NCBI RefSeq assembly: GCF_001194135.2
Contig: NC_068990.1
Location: 24,340,223-24,404,222 of the forward strand
DNA length: 64,000 nucleotides
Direction: 5' to 3'
Source of the DNA: Octopus bimaculoides
Taxonomy: Eukaryota
Shown piece after piece: positions 13,366 through 25,169 of the stretch; position 1 is the first letter of the stretch; each line of letters begins with the position of its first letter. The notes under the pieces were generated by a model that saw only the letters and a list, made by a program, of their open reading frames with translations, did no database searches and was not told the DNA's origin. Made by a program: the position numbers and the translations under genes.

Positions 13366-13838
13366 AAAAGGAGAGGCAAGAATTAAAAAAAAAAAAAGAA
13401 TTCCATGAATAAAAATTTTTCGTAGGGGACTGGTTCTTGTCAGCTTGAGAATTGCTGCCACTACAAGAGTCAGCAGCCTACGCTGTTTGTCCACCAGCTG
13501 TTTCGGCGTTCCTGCTTTACAACTATATTTTTTCCTCCTTTCATGTTTCGTTTTACCAACACCCACTAAACTGTCAACTATAATCACCTAATTTCTCTAT
13601 GCTCTCTCTCTCTTTCATTCTATTCCTCTCCTTTTCTCTCTCTCTCACTTCTCCTTTCTCTCTACGTCTACTGCTGCTGCTACTACTCTCCCTGTCACTC
13701 TCTCTCTCTCTCTCTCTCTCTACCCCTTTCTCTCCTTCACTTTATTTTTTTATTTTCTTTCTCGTTTTCTCACGCACACACTTTCAGATATATTTTTCAT
13801 TTGGATAAATACACTTACACACACATTACAATATATAT

Positions 13839-13879
<41 letters not shown>

Positions 13880-14698
13880 TGTTGCTCCAGACCGTGTATC
13901 ATTTTTCCTATTACACACTCAAAAAGTAAATTATATACACATATATATAATTACATATGTGAGTATATTAAACGTAAATGCAAATCTAAATGTGCTAGAG
14001 TGCGTGTTATATGAATAACTATTGAAATAATTCTGCCATTGCTGTTCTACTTAACCTTGTTATGTATCAGCATTCCTGCCCACACCTCACTGCTTCTAAC
14101 AGTGGTACCTAAACTCACCGGCACGCAGGTCAATGCAACCTCATTTATTTTCTCAACCCTAATTACTTACTACTTACATTCGCCCCGTAGGGGAAACCAC
14201 ACGCATGGACACAACACACACAAACGCACATAGATCTCATTAATAGGTGTAATATCTACACCTAGCTTCTGATGCAAATCTTCCTTCTCCTTCCTCGACT
14301 GACTTACATATATAAATATAAATACACACGCGCGCACACACACTCATACAGGTAATATCTCACCCCATCCTCTGCTCAAAAATATAAATAAAAACTGGAT
14401 AAAAAAAAAAGCAACACAAACAATATAGAATGAATAAATATAGGTCAGTTTGAAAACGCGACACAAAAACCTGTTCCACATGCTAATCACTAGATATACT
14501 AGCTTAAATTCGAAACAGTTTTACGATAAACAACTTTCGCCATACGCCCAACGTTTTAATAAGAACTTGCAGGTACATATTTAGATATTTAGTACATTGA
14601 GCTGTTCCGATTCTTGAAATATTTGTGTAAAATAGTCTCAATTGGATTATGCGTGTATACAAAGATATATATATATATACATATATCTTATACGTATA

Positions 14699-14915
14699 CT
14701 CTTTTACTCTTTTACTTGTTTCAGTCTTTTTGACTGTGGCCATGCTGGAGCACCGTCTTTAGTCGAGCAAATCGACCCCAGGACTTATTCCTTTGTAAGC
14801 CTAGTACTTATTCTATCAGTCGCTTTTGCCGAACCGCTAAGTTACGGGGACATAAACACACCAGCATCGGTTGTCAAGCGATGTTGGGGGGACAAACACA
14901 GACATACAAACACAT

Positions 14916-14966
<51 letters not shown>

Positions 14967-15380
14967 NNNNNNNNNNNNNNNNNNNNNNNNNNNNNNNNNN
15001 NNNNNNNNNNNNNNNNNNNNNNNNNNNNNNNNNNNNNNNNNNNNNNNNNNNNNNNNNNNNNNNNNNNNNNNNNNNNNNNNNNNNNNNNNNNNNNNNNNNN
15101 NNNNNNNNNNNNNNNNNNNNNNNNNNNNNNNNNNNNNNNNNNNNNNNNNNNNNNNNNNNNNNNNNNNNNNNNNNNNNNNNNNNNNNNNNNNNNNNNNNNN
15201 TATATATACATATATATGACGGGCTTCTTGCAGTTTCCGTCTAACAAATCCACTCACAAGGCTTTGGTCGGCCAGAGGCTATAGTAGAAGACACTTGCCC
15301 AAGATGCCACGCAGTGGGACTGAACCCGGGACCATGTGGTTGGTAAGCAAGCTACTTACCACACAGCCACTCTTACGCCT
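14699..15380 (-). mobile_element. SINE family A, near-intact copy; internal (TA)n spans a gap
   Basis: Complete head (reverse complement AGGCGTAAGAGTGGCTGTGTGGTAAGTAGCTTGCTTACCAACCACATGGTCCCGGGTTCAGTCCCACTGCG), body and (GTAAAAGA)n tail. Possible 10-bp TSD tatacgtata 14689-98 / tatatgtata 15380-89. Confidence 0.88.
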
Positions 15381-16469
15381 ATATGTATATATATCATATG
15401 GTGAGTGTGTGTGTATACATGGAGACTATCTGGTTAGTAACTTGATTCATTAATATATACCTGTGCGTGTGCGTGTGCGTGTGTGTGTGCTCATGTATTA
15501 GATGTTAAATTAATCAAGCTATAAACCAGGTCAGTGTTTACACACACAAAGGAAATATTTATCACTTGCATTCAAATTTTATTATTGCAATTTCCTTTAA
15601 CACTTTAGCGACAAATATCTTCTTCATAAAAGTAGATCATTCTATACATATCAAATTTTCCTTTTACAACATTCGTACCTGTTTTGGCTTTCCTATTACT
15701 GGAAATACGATAAAGTTTATCTTTCGCTGATGAGGTCATGATAAGAACAAAGTATCAATGAATTGTTTCCCCTGCATGCTGAAATAATTAAAATGATATT
15801 AATTCACGACTAAGTAGTATTTCATTTTTGGCTAATTTTCTGATTTTCTCAGCCCATGGTTAATGTTTTATTAAATCTGTTAATGGTAACATTACTATTA
15901 AGCTGGTTATTCATGCACCCCCATACACGTATTCATAATACAATTATATGTAGACATGCATGTGTATATATATANNNNNNNNNNNNNNNNNNNNNNNNNN
16001 NNNNNNNNNNNNNNNNNNNNNNNNNNNNNNNNNNNNNNNNNNNNNNNNNNNNNNNNNNNNNNNNNNNNNNNNNNNNNNNNNNNNNNNNNNNNNNNNNNNN
16101 NNNNNNNNNNNNNNNNNNNNNNNNNNNNNNNNNNNNNNNNNNNNNNNNNNNNNNNNNNNNNNNNNNNNNNNNNNNNNNNNNNNNNNNNNNNNNNNNNNNN
16201 NNNNNNNNNNNNNNNNNNNNNNNNNNNNNNNNNNNNNNNNNNNNNNNNNNNNNNNNNNNNNNNNNNNNNNNNNNNNNNNNNNNNNNNNNNNNNNNNNNNN
16301 NNNNNNNNNNNNNNNNNNNNNNNNNNNNNNNNNNNNNNNNNNNNNNNNNNNNNNNNNNNNNNNNNNNNNNNNNNNNNNNNNNNNNNNNNNNNNNNNNNNN
16401 NNNNNNNNNNNNNNNNNNNNNNNNNNNNNNNNNNNNNNNNNNNNNNNNNNNNNNNNNNNNNNNNNNNNN

Positions 16470-16517
<48 letters not shown>

Positions 16518-16864
16518 TATGCATATGAATGTTTTTTTTATGTTGAGTTGGATTACTCAATACGTTTCATAGAGTACATTAGTATTGATTTACAAGAACA
16601 GTATGAAATACTTTTATCCCCTCGATGCAAGTTTTTCAATTCGCTATATTAAAAATGTTGCACCCAGCCATATGCGTACTTAATATGCTGAACCTCCACA
16701 ACTGGGCAGTATTTTCCGTCAGCAGTATTGTTTCTAACTTTGTCAGCGTATCTGTTGTATAATTATGATCAAAGCTATGCATGACCGAATGAAGGAAGCA
16801 GAGGTTTGACCATATTTCTTGTGTCCTATTGTATCGGCAGCTAAGATACGTAATTTTCAGCAGA

Positions 16865-17088
16865 CTAGTTTATCCTCTATTTGTTGGTAATTGTTTCGCC
16901 ATTGGTCAGCTCTCATCGAGTATTCCTATGAGTACAAGTGTTCTAACTTTGGCCACCTCATCTTTTTCAGCCATATACTCTCTAGGCCTACTTTATCAAA
17001 TTGTTCTTCCTTTTTAAGACTGTAAGTTTGGATTCGGGGAAAATGTGACTGCTATTTCTAGTAGTTGAGGTTACATAGTTGGTTCGCC
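16865..17088 (-). mobile_element. Interspersed repeat family H, longest copy
   Basis: Reverse complement: CTATGTAACCTCAACTACTAGAAATAGCAGTCACATTTTCCCCGAATCC...AAAAAGGAAGAACAATTTGATAAAGTAGGCCTAGAG...GAAAAAGATGAGGTGGCC. Confidence 0.6.
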
Positions 17089-19280
17089 TAACTGTAAGTG
17101 GATAAAGGTATTAAGCTCACAAGTGTAAATGTTATGTGTTTTATTAATTTTCAGCACTGGGCTTCACATTATTGATTAGTTACAGCTTGGAGAATAATTC
17201 GACTTGTCCGATAGAGTAGTCTGATTCGCCTACGGCAAAGGTGCGGAATCGTTAGAGCGTATGGTCGAATGCCTGTTTCTTTTGGTTCTTAGTTCGCAGC
17301 TGGCTGAAGTCAACTCTGAATTACACCTTTTCGGGAACAGTAAAATAACGTATCATTCCATAATGATGTATCAGAGCAATCGGTTAAAGAATCAGACAAG
17401 ATGCCATGCAGTATCTCTATCAACGCTTTATCGTTCGGAGTTCTTGAATAATAGCCTAAACTCGCTATCCGGTTTAAACCCATCACTTGGTCCTTACGTG
17501 CCTTTACCGAAGTTCACTGTTGCAAGCACGTGGATCAGGCTTCCTTTCATTTCCTTCCTTCCTTCCTTTCACCAATTTCTTGGGCCTTAAAAATAAAAAT
17601 AACTAATTGGTATCACGTCTACTTTTTTATCATTGACTAAATGATGCCTCGCACCTATCAGTTGTCTGATCATCATAGCAGCAACATCAGTGCTTAATCG
17701 AAAGCATGGTGTTTTGGACAACCAGCTAAAATGTCGATGAGTAGTCTTTTGTCACTAGCGTTGTTTTGTATGCATCCTGAAAACAATTCATCCCTGATGC
17801 ATCAATTCAAACAGAAGCACACACAAGGGGAAGTGATTGAGTGCAGTTCACTGCTAGGAAAGCACTGAGATCGATTTAAAACCATTCTCCAGCTTACTGT
17901 ATTCTTTTCATCCTTACTTATGCATTTGAGTTCTCTCCGCAGCCCTGAGTGATCAATATTATTATTATAGTGTCAGTGTGTTTCAATTTCAATGAATAGG
18001 TCCGAGGTTTGTTAGTTTTGGTTCTGAACCAAAACCAACTGCCGTATCGTATCATGCCACTCTCTCTTCATCCCCCCTCTCTCTTTCTCTCTCTCCCTTT
18101 CTGTCTAACGAACTAACTATAGTTAGTTATAAACCGACAGGCACATGTATTAATCATTAAGAATCAGATAAGCAACCAGTGGAGAGAGAAACTGGCAAGG
18201 GTTCAATTTCCACTTAAAACTAGTTTACTTCCTTGATGATGGGGATAGCGTAGACGACAACACACACACACACACACATACTAGTATGTATGTAAGTCTC
18301 TTCTATTTTTTAATTATCATAAATCTTCTACTGAGGAGGGAGCCGGTTTCCAACAAAGATACAAGGCTCGTATGTATGTATGTATGTATGTATAAGATTA
18401 TATAAATGACAAGAGAACAAGAAATTATGTAAAATATAAATTGAAGGATTTTTCAAGTTACGTTTTGTTAGTATTGCTTTGCTAATTCAGGTCTGAGCCA
18501 TTTGTCACAGAATTCAGACACACCGCATATCGCTTAAATTGTGACACAAGATATAAAAAGCACGACAGAAACCTTCATTTATTCTCATTGCAATTGAAAG
18601 GAAAATAGAGATATTTGCATCTCAGGCTTCATACGTAAGATACAACAATTGTTTTTCCAACATTCCTGACGTATATTTCAATCATGATGTCCCTCTGCAT
18701 TTCTTAAGATCATGTCAAGGAAATTCATGAAGAGAAAAAACGTTCTTGACATCACTAATTTGTCAATTCTGAAACAGTAATGTCGAACTGAAACTTGTGA
18801 TACAATACAAGTGACAAATTGCTTCCTGAATGCGTGATGATTATCATTTTATACGTGTCTTGTTCTGTACTCAATGTGATATAAATTTCAGCTGTCCAAG
18901 ACGTCATGAATACTAGATAAAGCCCTGTATTTCCCCCACCGCCAATCTAATAGCTTAATCATAAGGAACCGCAGCGCATATGGACATTTTCAAAGTCTCC
19001 TTGATGGGTAGAAGGGAGAGAGAAGTTTACCTACAGAGCAGAGACCTGTCCTGAATGCTTACAACAGATACGAATCAGCTACTAACCTAGGCACAGGAAG
19101 AGGGTTAAGATTAAGTTAAATGATACAACAAAGAAACCACTTCCTGATTTTTTTTCACGAACGTGTTTGTAATATATACTTGAAGTTTATATTACTAACA
19201 TATGATTCAATCTTATTGAAAATCTGAACTGGTTGTAGTTTCCTACGTCTCAATGCACGTTATTGTTGTTTTTTTAATTC

Positions 19281-19614
19281 TTTTATTCTTTTGTTAGTTT
19301 CAGTCATGCTGGAGCACCGCATTTAGTGGAACAAATCGACCGCAGAACTTATTCTTTGTAAACCTAGTACTTATTCTATCAGTCTCTTTTGCCGAACCGC
19401 TAAGTTACGGGGACGTAAACACACCAGCATCGGTTGTCCATCGATGGTGGTGTGGGTGGGTGGGTTTGGACAAGCACAGACACACAAACATGTACTTCTT
19501 TCAGTTTTCATCTACCAGATCCACTCACAAGGCTTTGATCGGCGCAAGGCTACAGCAGAAGACACTTGCCCAAGGTGCCACGCGGTGGGACTGAACCCAG
19601 AACCACTGCGCCTA
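19281..19614 (-). mobile_element. SINE family A with ~35-nt deletion in the head
   Basis: Matches 14699-15380 across the body; the head reads CTGAACCCAGAACCA|CTGCGCCTATA. Confidence 0.82.
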
Positions 19615-19659
19615 TATACTGATATATAATCTTTCTTTTATCTATGTTTTATTAATTTC

Positions 19660-19990
19660 TATCATTGGACTGCGGTCATATGAGGCATCACCTCGAAGGG
19701 TTTAGTTGAACAATTCAAGACCCCAGTACTTAATTTTTTTAAAGTTTTGTACGTATTTCATCGCCCTCTTTGCTGAACTCCAAGGTTACAGGGACATAAA
19801 CAAAACAGCACCGGTTGTCCGACGATGGGTGGGAGATAGACAACACAAACACAAAGACATACATATATACGACAAATGTCTTTCAGTTTCCGTTTACCAA
19901 ATTCACTCACAGCACTTTGGTCGTCCCGGGGCTATATAATAAGAGGCACTTTCCTAAGGCATCATGCAGCGGGACTGAACCCGAAACCAT
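19660..19990 (-). mobile_element. SINE family A, diverged, tandem with the 19281 copy
   Basis: GGACTGCGGTCAT...GGGACATAAACAAAACAGCACCGGTTGTCC...TTTCAGTTTCCGTTTACCAAATTCACTCAC...GGGACTGAACCCGAAACCAT. Confidence 0.75.
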
Positions 19991-20054
19991 AAAGTCATTA
20001 CAAAAACAAGAATAAATGGTGATTAGTTTAGACGACTGACTCTATAACTTGAGT

Positions 20055-20085
<31 letters not shown>

Positions 20086-20607
20086 TTATTTTGCTCATTA
20101 AATGATAAAAGAGAAAAACAAACCCGGTGAGATTTCTACTCAGAAAGAAATAATAGCTGCACCTCTATAAATTGTCATTTATCTCCCTTTTATTTCTCTT
20201 GATTTCTATATTAAGTGAATGATCACAAAAGACCGAAACTGCGAGGGAGTTTATAACACCAATCAAAGAGAACATATTGAATTAACATATTTATTGCTAT
20301 AGCACAAACAGACCAAACTGCATTCTGATTTGCATATCTTCTTTCCCACCGCACTTTGTAGCCTTCATTTCATTTGCATTAATTTATGCAAGATACAGCT
20401 GTGTCAACGATTTTGCTAATATAGGGAAAACTTCCCGGGAAAATTATTTCTCGTTCTCCTCTGTTCGTTCTCAGATATTTAAATGTGCTATATTTCTCAG
20501 GCAGCTAGGGTTACACTACGTAGTCGCTCGACCTGCTATATAGAGTAGTAAAATCTCTAGTGAACTTTAAGATAATTGAAGTTTCTTCTGATGCATCGTC
20601 CATTTTT

Positions 20608-20891
20608 TTACTCTTTTACTCTTTTACACTTTTACTTGTTTCAGTCTTTTGACTGTGGCCATGCTGGAGCACCGCCTTTAGTCAAGCAAATCGACCCCAG
20701 GACTTATTCTTTGGAAGCCTAGTACTTATTCTATCGGTCTCTTTTGCCGAACCGCTAAGTTACGGGGACATAAACACACCAGCATCAGTTGTCAAGCGAT
20801 GTTGGGGGGGGGGGCAAACACGAACACAAAAAACACACACACATATATATATATATATACATATACATATACATATACATATATACGACGG
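20608..20891 (-). mobile_element. SINE family A, 3' half; head lost in the gap
   Basis: Near-identical to 14699-14966, with a longer (CTTTTACT)n tail; ends TATACGACGG at the gap. Confidence 0.85.
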
Positions 20892-21142
20892 NNNNNNNNN
20901 NNNNNNNNNNNNNNNNNNNNNNNNNNNNNNNNNNNNNNNNNNNNNNNNNNNNNNNNNNNNNNNNNNNNNNNNNNNNNNNNNNNNNNNNNNNNNNNNNNNN
21001 NNNNNNNNNNNNNNNNNNNNNNNNNNNNNNNNNNNNNNNNNNNNNNNNNNNNNNNNNNNNNNNNNNNNNNNNNNNNNNNNNNNNNNNNNNNNNNNNNNNN
21101 NNNNNNNNNNNNNNNNNNNNNNNNNNNNNNNNNNNNNNNNNN

Positions 21143-21206
<64 letters not shown>

Positions 21207-21584
21207 ACACACTTTAAAACATAAATTAAGGTTATTATTTTGAAGCTAGTTAAAGGATTCCAACGGAACATTTATGATGTGAGTGACTAAATATTGAGAA
21301 TTTGGGTCCCATTTAGTTAAATTTTATGAAGTGATCGACAGCAAAAGTATAACATACAGAGTTTTCCATACAGGTGTTTCGCTTTTGAACTGCAAATGAC
21401 AAAACCATTTCTTGGTTGAGCTTCAAATGTTATAGACACATACTTCCCAAACAATTAAGATATACCATGACAAAACACGTTCTGTAGGAACAGACAACAT
21501 ATATTTACGTATTTATTGACACAGAACCCCCTCATTACACACACAAAAGCACGAATTGTAAATGTATATATGTATGTATGTATG

Positions 21585-21642
<58 letters not shown>

Positions 21643-21880
21643 CACACACACACACAAACACACAAAACGCGTACATATATACTTATCGTCATCATTAGAA
21701 AAATACAAGAAATATTTTATAGTGTAACCAAATAGCTGTATGACCCAGTTACATATAGTTTATATGCAAATGAGATAGTTAATGGGGTAGAGTCTTTCAC
21801 TCACGTAGTTATTCGGTTGGGCTATAACAAGAAAAACCTCCCAGTATTTAAACATAGTCGTGATATATAGACAAGTTAAA

Positions 21881-22111
21881 GGCGGTGAGCTGGCAGAATC
21901 GTTAGCGCGCTGGACGAAATGCTTAGCGACATTTCGCCCGTTGCTACGTTCTGAGTTCAAAATCCACCGAGGTCGACTTTGCCTTTCATCCTTTTGGGGT
22001 CGATTAACTAAGTACCAATTACGCACCAGGGTCGATGTAATCGACTTAATCCCTTTGTCTGTTCTTGTTTGTCCCCTCTGTGTGTAGCCCCTTGTGGGCA
22101 ATAAAGAAATA
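21881..22111 (+). mobile_element. SINE family B, well-preserved, alternative 3' tail, with TSD
   Basis: GGCGGTGAGCTGGCAGAATCGTTAGCGCGC...GAGTTCAAAATCC...GCCTTTCATCCTTTTGGGGTCGA. Flanking direct repeat gatatatagacaagtt (21862-77) / gatatacagacaattt (22112-27), 14/16 identical. Confidence 0.85.
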
Positions 22112-22799
22112 GATATACAGACAATTTATTTCACCAATTCTTGAACTAATCATTTATGCGTAATCGACCCATTTGCTAAAACATTGCTATTAGCGTTTCT
22201 GTTATGATTCTGATATGCTAGGCTCTTTATTCTAACGTTGTAAAGCTAACAAAACATCCATTATTTCCACATAACTGTTACTGTTTAGAGCTCTCAGTTG
22301 TGTATGCATACATACGTAGTCAAGTGAAGTAGATTTGTAATCATATGACTTGGCTATTAACACAGGGATTTTAATTACTGAAGAAGAAACAATATCGATA
22401 ACAATAGAAGAAAATACACAAGTCTCGCATTATGTCTTGTCGTTGCGGCACGAATTGAAAGAGACTTTCTACAAGTCAAATTAGATCCGAAAATGGGAAA
22501 TTTTGCACTCTGTCAGTGTCAGACAAAGCAATAAAATAGTTTCATTGGCGATTTATTGTTAATGCTTGAGTTAATGGTTGCTGGTCCCGCTAGAAAGAGC
22601 AGCCGAATTTCCAGCATTCATACGCTATCGTCTAAGGATAGAAAAGTAAGAGCGGCTGACATAGTCATATACATATATCTTTTTGTTTATTTTATTTCTC
22701 TTAATCTTAGGACTCAGGCTGGTTACTCGACTTCCATAGAGTACAAGTGACCAATATCACAGCAGTCCTCCTGAATGTGACGCCGGTTCTTTACAGGTT

Positions 22800-23002
22800 C
22801 GAGGCCAGCAATTTTGATGGGAGGGGAACACGCTGATTACGGTTACTCCAGTAAATGACTAGTACTTTATTTTATCGACTCTGAAAGGGATAAGAGACAA
22901 AAGTGTCTTCTGCGTGATTTGAATTCGAAACGAAAAGTGACGAAAGTAACGCCGCTAAGTATTTTGTCAGCTGTGCTAACACTTCTGCTTGCTCACCGTC
23001 TT
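22800..23002 (-). mobile_element. SINE family B, diverged
   Basis: GAGGCCAGCAATTTTG...TACTTTATTTTATCGACTCTGAAAGG...GCCGCTAAGTATTT...GCTCACCGTC. Confidence 0.7.
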
Positions 23003-23372
23003 ATAGTTATAAATACTCTAACTAAATTTAAAAGGGTGCTACAATCTAGCTAGTTCACTGCCTCATATTCATAAATACATTACCTGAATTTAAAAGGAGG
23101 CCACGAAGTCTGAAATATCTCTGTTAAGAGGTCTGCTAATTAAAAGGTTACTTGGAGATAAGCAGCAACGATAGCAGTGACTAGTTGGTCGATGATTGCT
23201 TGCAGAAATCAATACTCTTCTACAGCGTATATATCGAGAGTTAATGTATAAGTTAAAATTTACACCTCTTGAGCATTAACGCAATAAAGCGCCGACACAT
23301 TGACGACTCTAGCAATTATACAGATTCAAATAAAAATGGGTTTCCCGAACTTTTAAACGGCTGTAGGTATAT

Positions 23373-23398
23373 ACTACTACTACTACTACTACTACTAC

Positions 23399-23443
<45 letters not shown>

Positions 23444-23640
23444 CACCACCACCACCACTATCAGTAGTAATATAATGATAATAATAATAATAATAATCAT
23501 AATAATAATAATAGTAATGATTTCAAATTTTTGCACAAGGCCAGTAACTTCGGAGGAGGGGCTAAGTTAACACTAGTATTCGACTGGTACTTATTTTATC
23601 GACCCCCCGATGTGAAGGCGGCATGCTAACGATTCAGCAA
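23373..23640 (-). mobile_element. SINE family B with internal deletion, plus its (TAC)n/(AAT)n/(CAC)n compound tail
   Basis: 23518-23640 is the reverse complement of the B body (TTTCAAATTTTTGCACAAGGCCAG...GGTACTTATTTTATCGACCCC...GCTAACGATTCAGC). It abuts the trinucleotide array 23373-23517. Confidence 0.7.
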
Positions 23641-23947
23641 GAGAGACAGGGTGAGTGTGGTTGGGAGAGATAGAGAGAGAGAGTTACTGGGAGAGTGTGT
23701 GCATTTGTGTGTGCGTGTATTTTTGAAAGAAGTGTATATGAAAGCATCTGTATGTCATAATGGCCGATATATCTGTTTGCTGGTTGAATTATCCATTCAC
23801 GCCATACGTCCTAGAGGGTGAAGGGTAGAGAGGCTAAAAGAAACATACAGAGAGTTAATATAAAGGTGCACATACTAGGCTTGGTGACAGGTAACCAGTA
23901 AAGCAACGCAATACACACAGTGAGAGACAAAGTATCATTGAGGAGAA

Positions 23948-24063
23948 TGAGGAGGAAGAGGGTGGAGGAGGAGGAAGAGTGTGGAGGAGGAGGAAGAGTG
24001 TGGAGGAGGAGGAAGAGGATGGAGGAGGAGGAAGAGGGTGGAGGAGGAGGAGGAGGAGGAGGA
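23948..24063. repeat. 19-nt purine-rich minisatellite (GGAGGAGGAGGAAGAGnnT)x4 plus partial, followed by (GGA)8
   Basis: Units at 23964, 23983, 24002 and 24021; (GGA)8 at 24040-24063. Confidence 0.9.
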
Positions 24064-24366
24064 GTCGTTATGGGGGAGTTTTTTAAGTAAATAAATATTT
24101 TTCTTTTGAAAGTTAGTATTCATTTCATCATTCTGCATAACTACCAAGAAATTTGATAAAAGTTAAATTATGATTATTAAGTGTATGCCATATTTCATGA
24201 TATTACCCATCGTATACATTCAAAGTTACACGTTATATGACGGGTAATTTTCTAGTATATAAACACTTATCAATATATATCACATTATATGTGCATACTT
24301 TCAAGAGAAAGATTGACTGCGTTAATCAAATGAGCGAGTGAGGCAGACATATATTTCCTGACGCCA

Positions 24367-24410
<44 letters not shown>

Positions 24411-24466
24411 ACATACATACATACATACATACATATACACACGTGTGTATGTGTGTAGTCACGTGT

Positions 24467-24510
<44 letters not shown>

Positions 24511-25000
24511 GTGTGTGTGTGTGTGTGTATCTATCTATATGTATAGTGTGTGCGAGTGTGTGCATTTAGAATGAAAGGAGAGAAAGAGAGAGAGGAGGAG
24601 AGGGGAGAGAGAAATAGATTTCATGACGCCAGCGAGTAATTATTATGCGTGAGAGAACGAGATAATCCAGATTTGTTAGTCCAAGTGTGATACATGTTAC
24701 TTGAAGGTTAAGATTTCAATACATCAGTTAATTGCTTATCAAACTATTTGGATTAGGTGGCTTTTTTTTTGTTATATATATATATGTGTGTGTGTGTGTG
24801 CATGTGTGTTTGAATATATGTATAAGAGAGAGGGAGGGAGAGAGAGAGAGAGAGACGCTATCCTCATCACACACATTACAGCAGCAATGGGAACACTTCC
24901 AGCGGCCAGCATTGATTGCTACTGATTTATTGTGCATTATCAGAAGAATGATTACCACCGCCACCACAACTATAACCAATATTCATAGTCTTTGGTTGCC

Positions 25001-25165
25001 AGATTTGAAATTTGAGGAAGGCGAATAGCCTACTACATCGTTCACAGTACTTGACTGGTATCTTATTTTTACAACCTCGGATGAGTGAATGGCAAATTTA
25101 GACGTACCAGAATTTGAACTCAGAACGTAAAGAGGTGAAAGAATTAACACAATATATTCTGCCCG
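25001..25165 (-). mobile_element. SINE family B, diverged
   Basis: GACTGGTATCTTATTTTTACAACCTCGG...GAATTTGAACTCAGAACGTAAAG. Confidence 0.65.
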
Positions 25166-25169
25166 AAAA

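Noticed and set aside
13599-14233. Hydrophobic-start ORFs (69 aa and 64 aa) resembling signal peptides
   Set aside because: The first derives from a CT tract and the second starts at a non-ATG codon. There is no homology signal or exon structure.
15300-15380. tRNA-like sequences with A/B boxes (also 21881, 25170, 27361, 53358)
   Set aside because: They continue into shared SINE bodies and I could not fold a complete cloverleaf. They are SINE heads, not tRNA genes.
14642-16652. Long ORFs containing X runs (also 11047-11571, 20760-21271, 62007-62682, 63442-63789)
   Set aside because: Their length comes from N-gaps.
23935-24147. Glu/Gly-rich purine tract as a possible neurofilament acidic tail exon
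   Set aside because: It lies upstream of the rod exons, the 19-nt unit shifts frame each repeat, and there are no suitable splice sites or KSP motifs.
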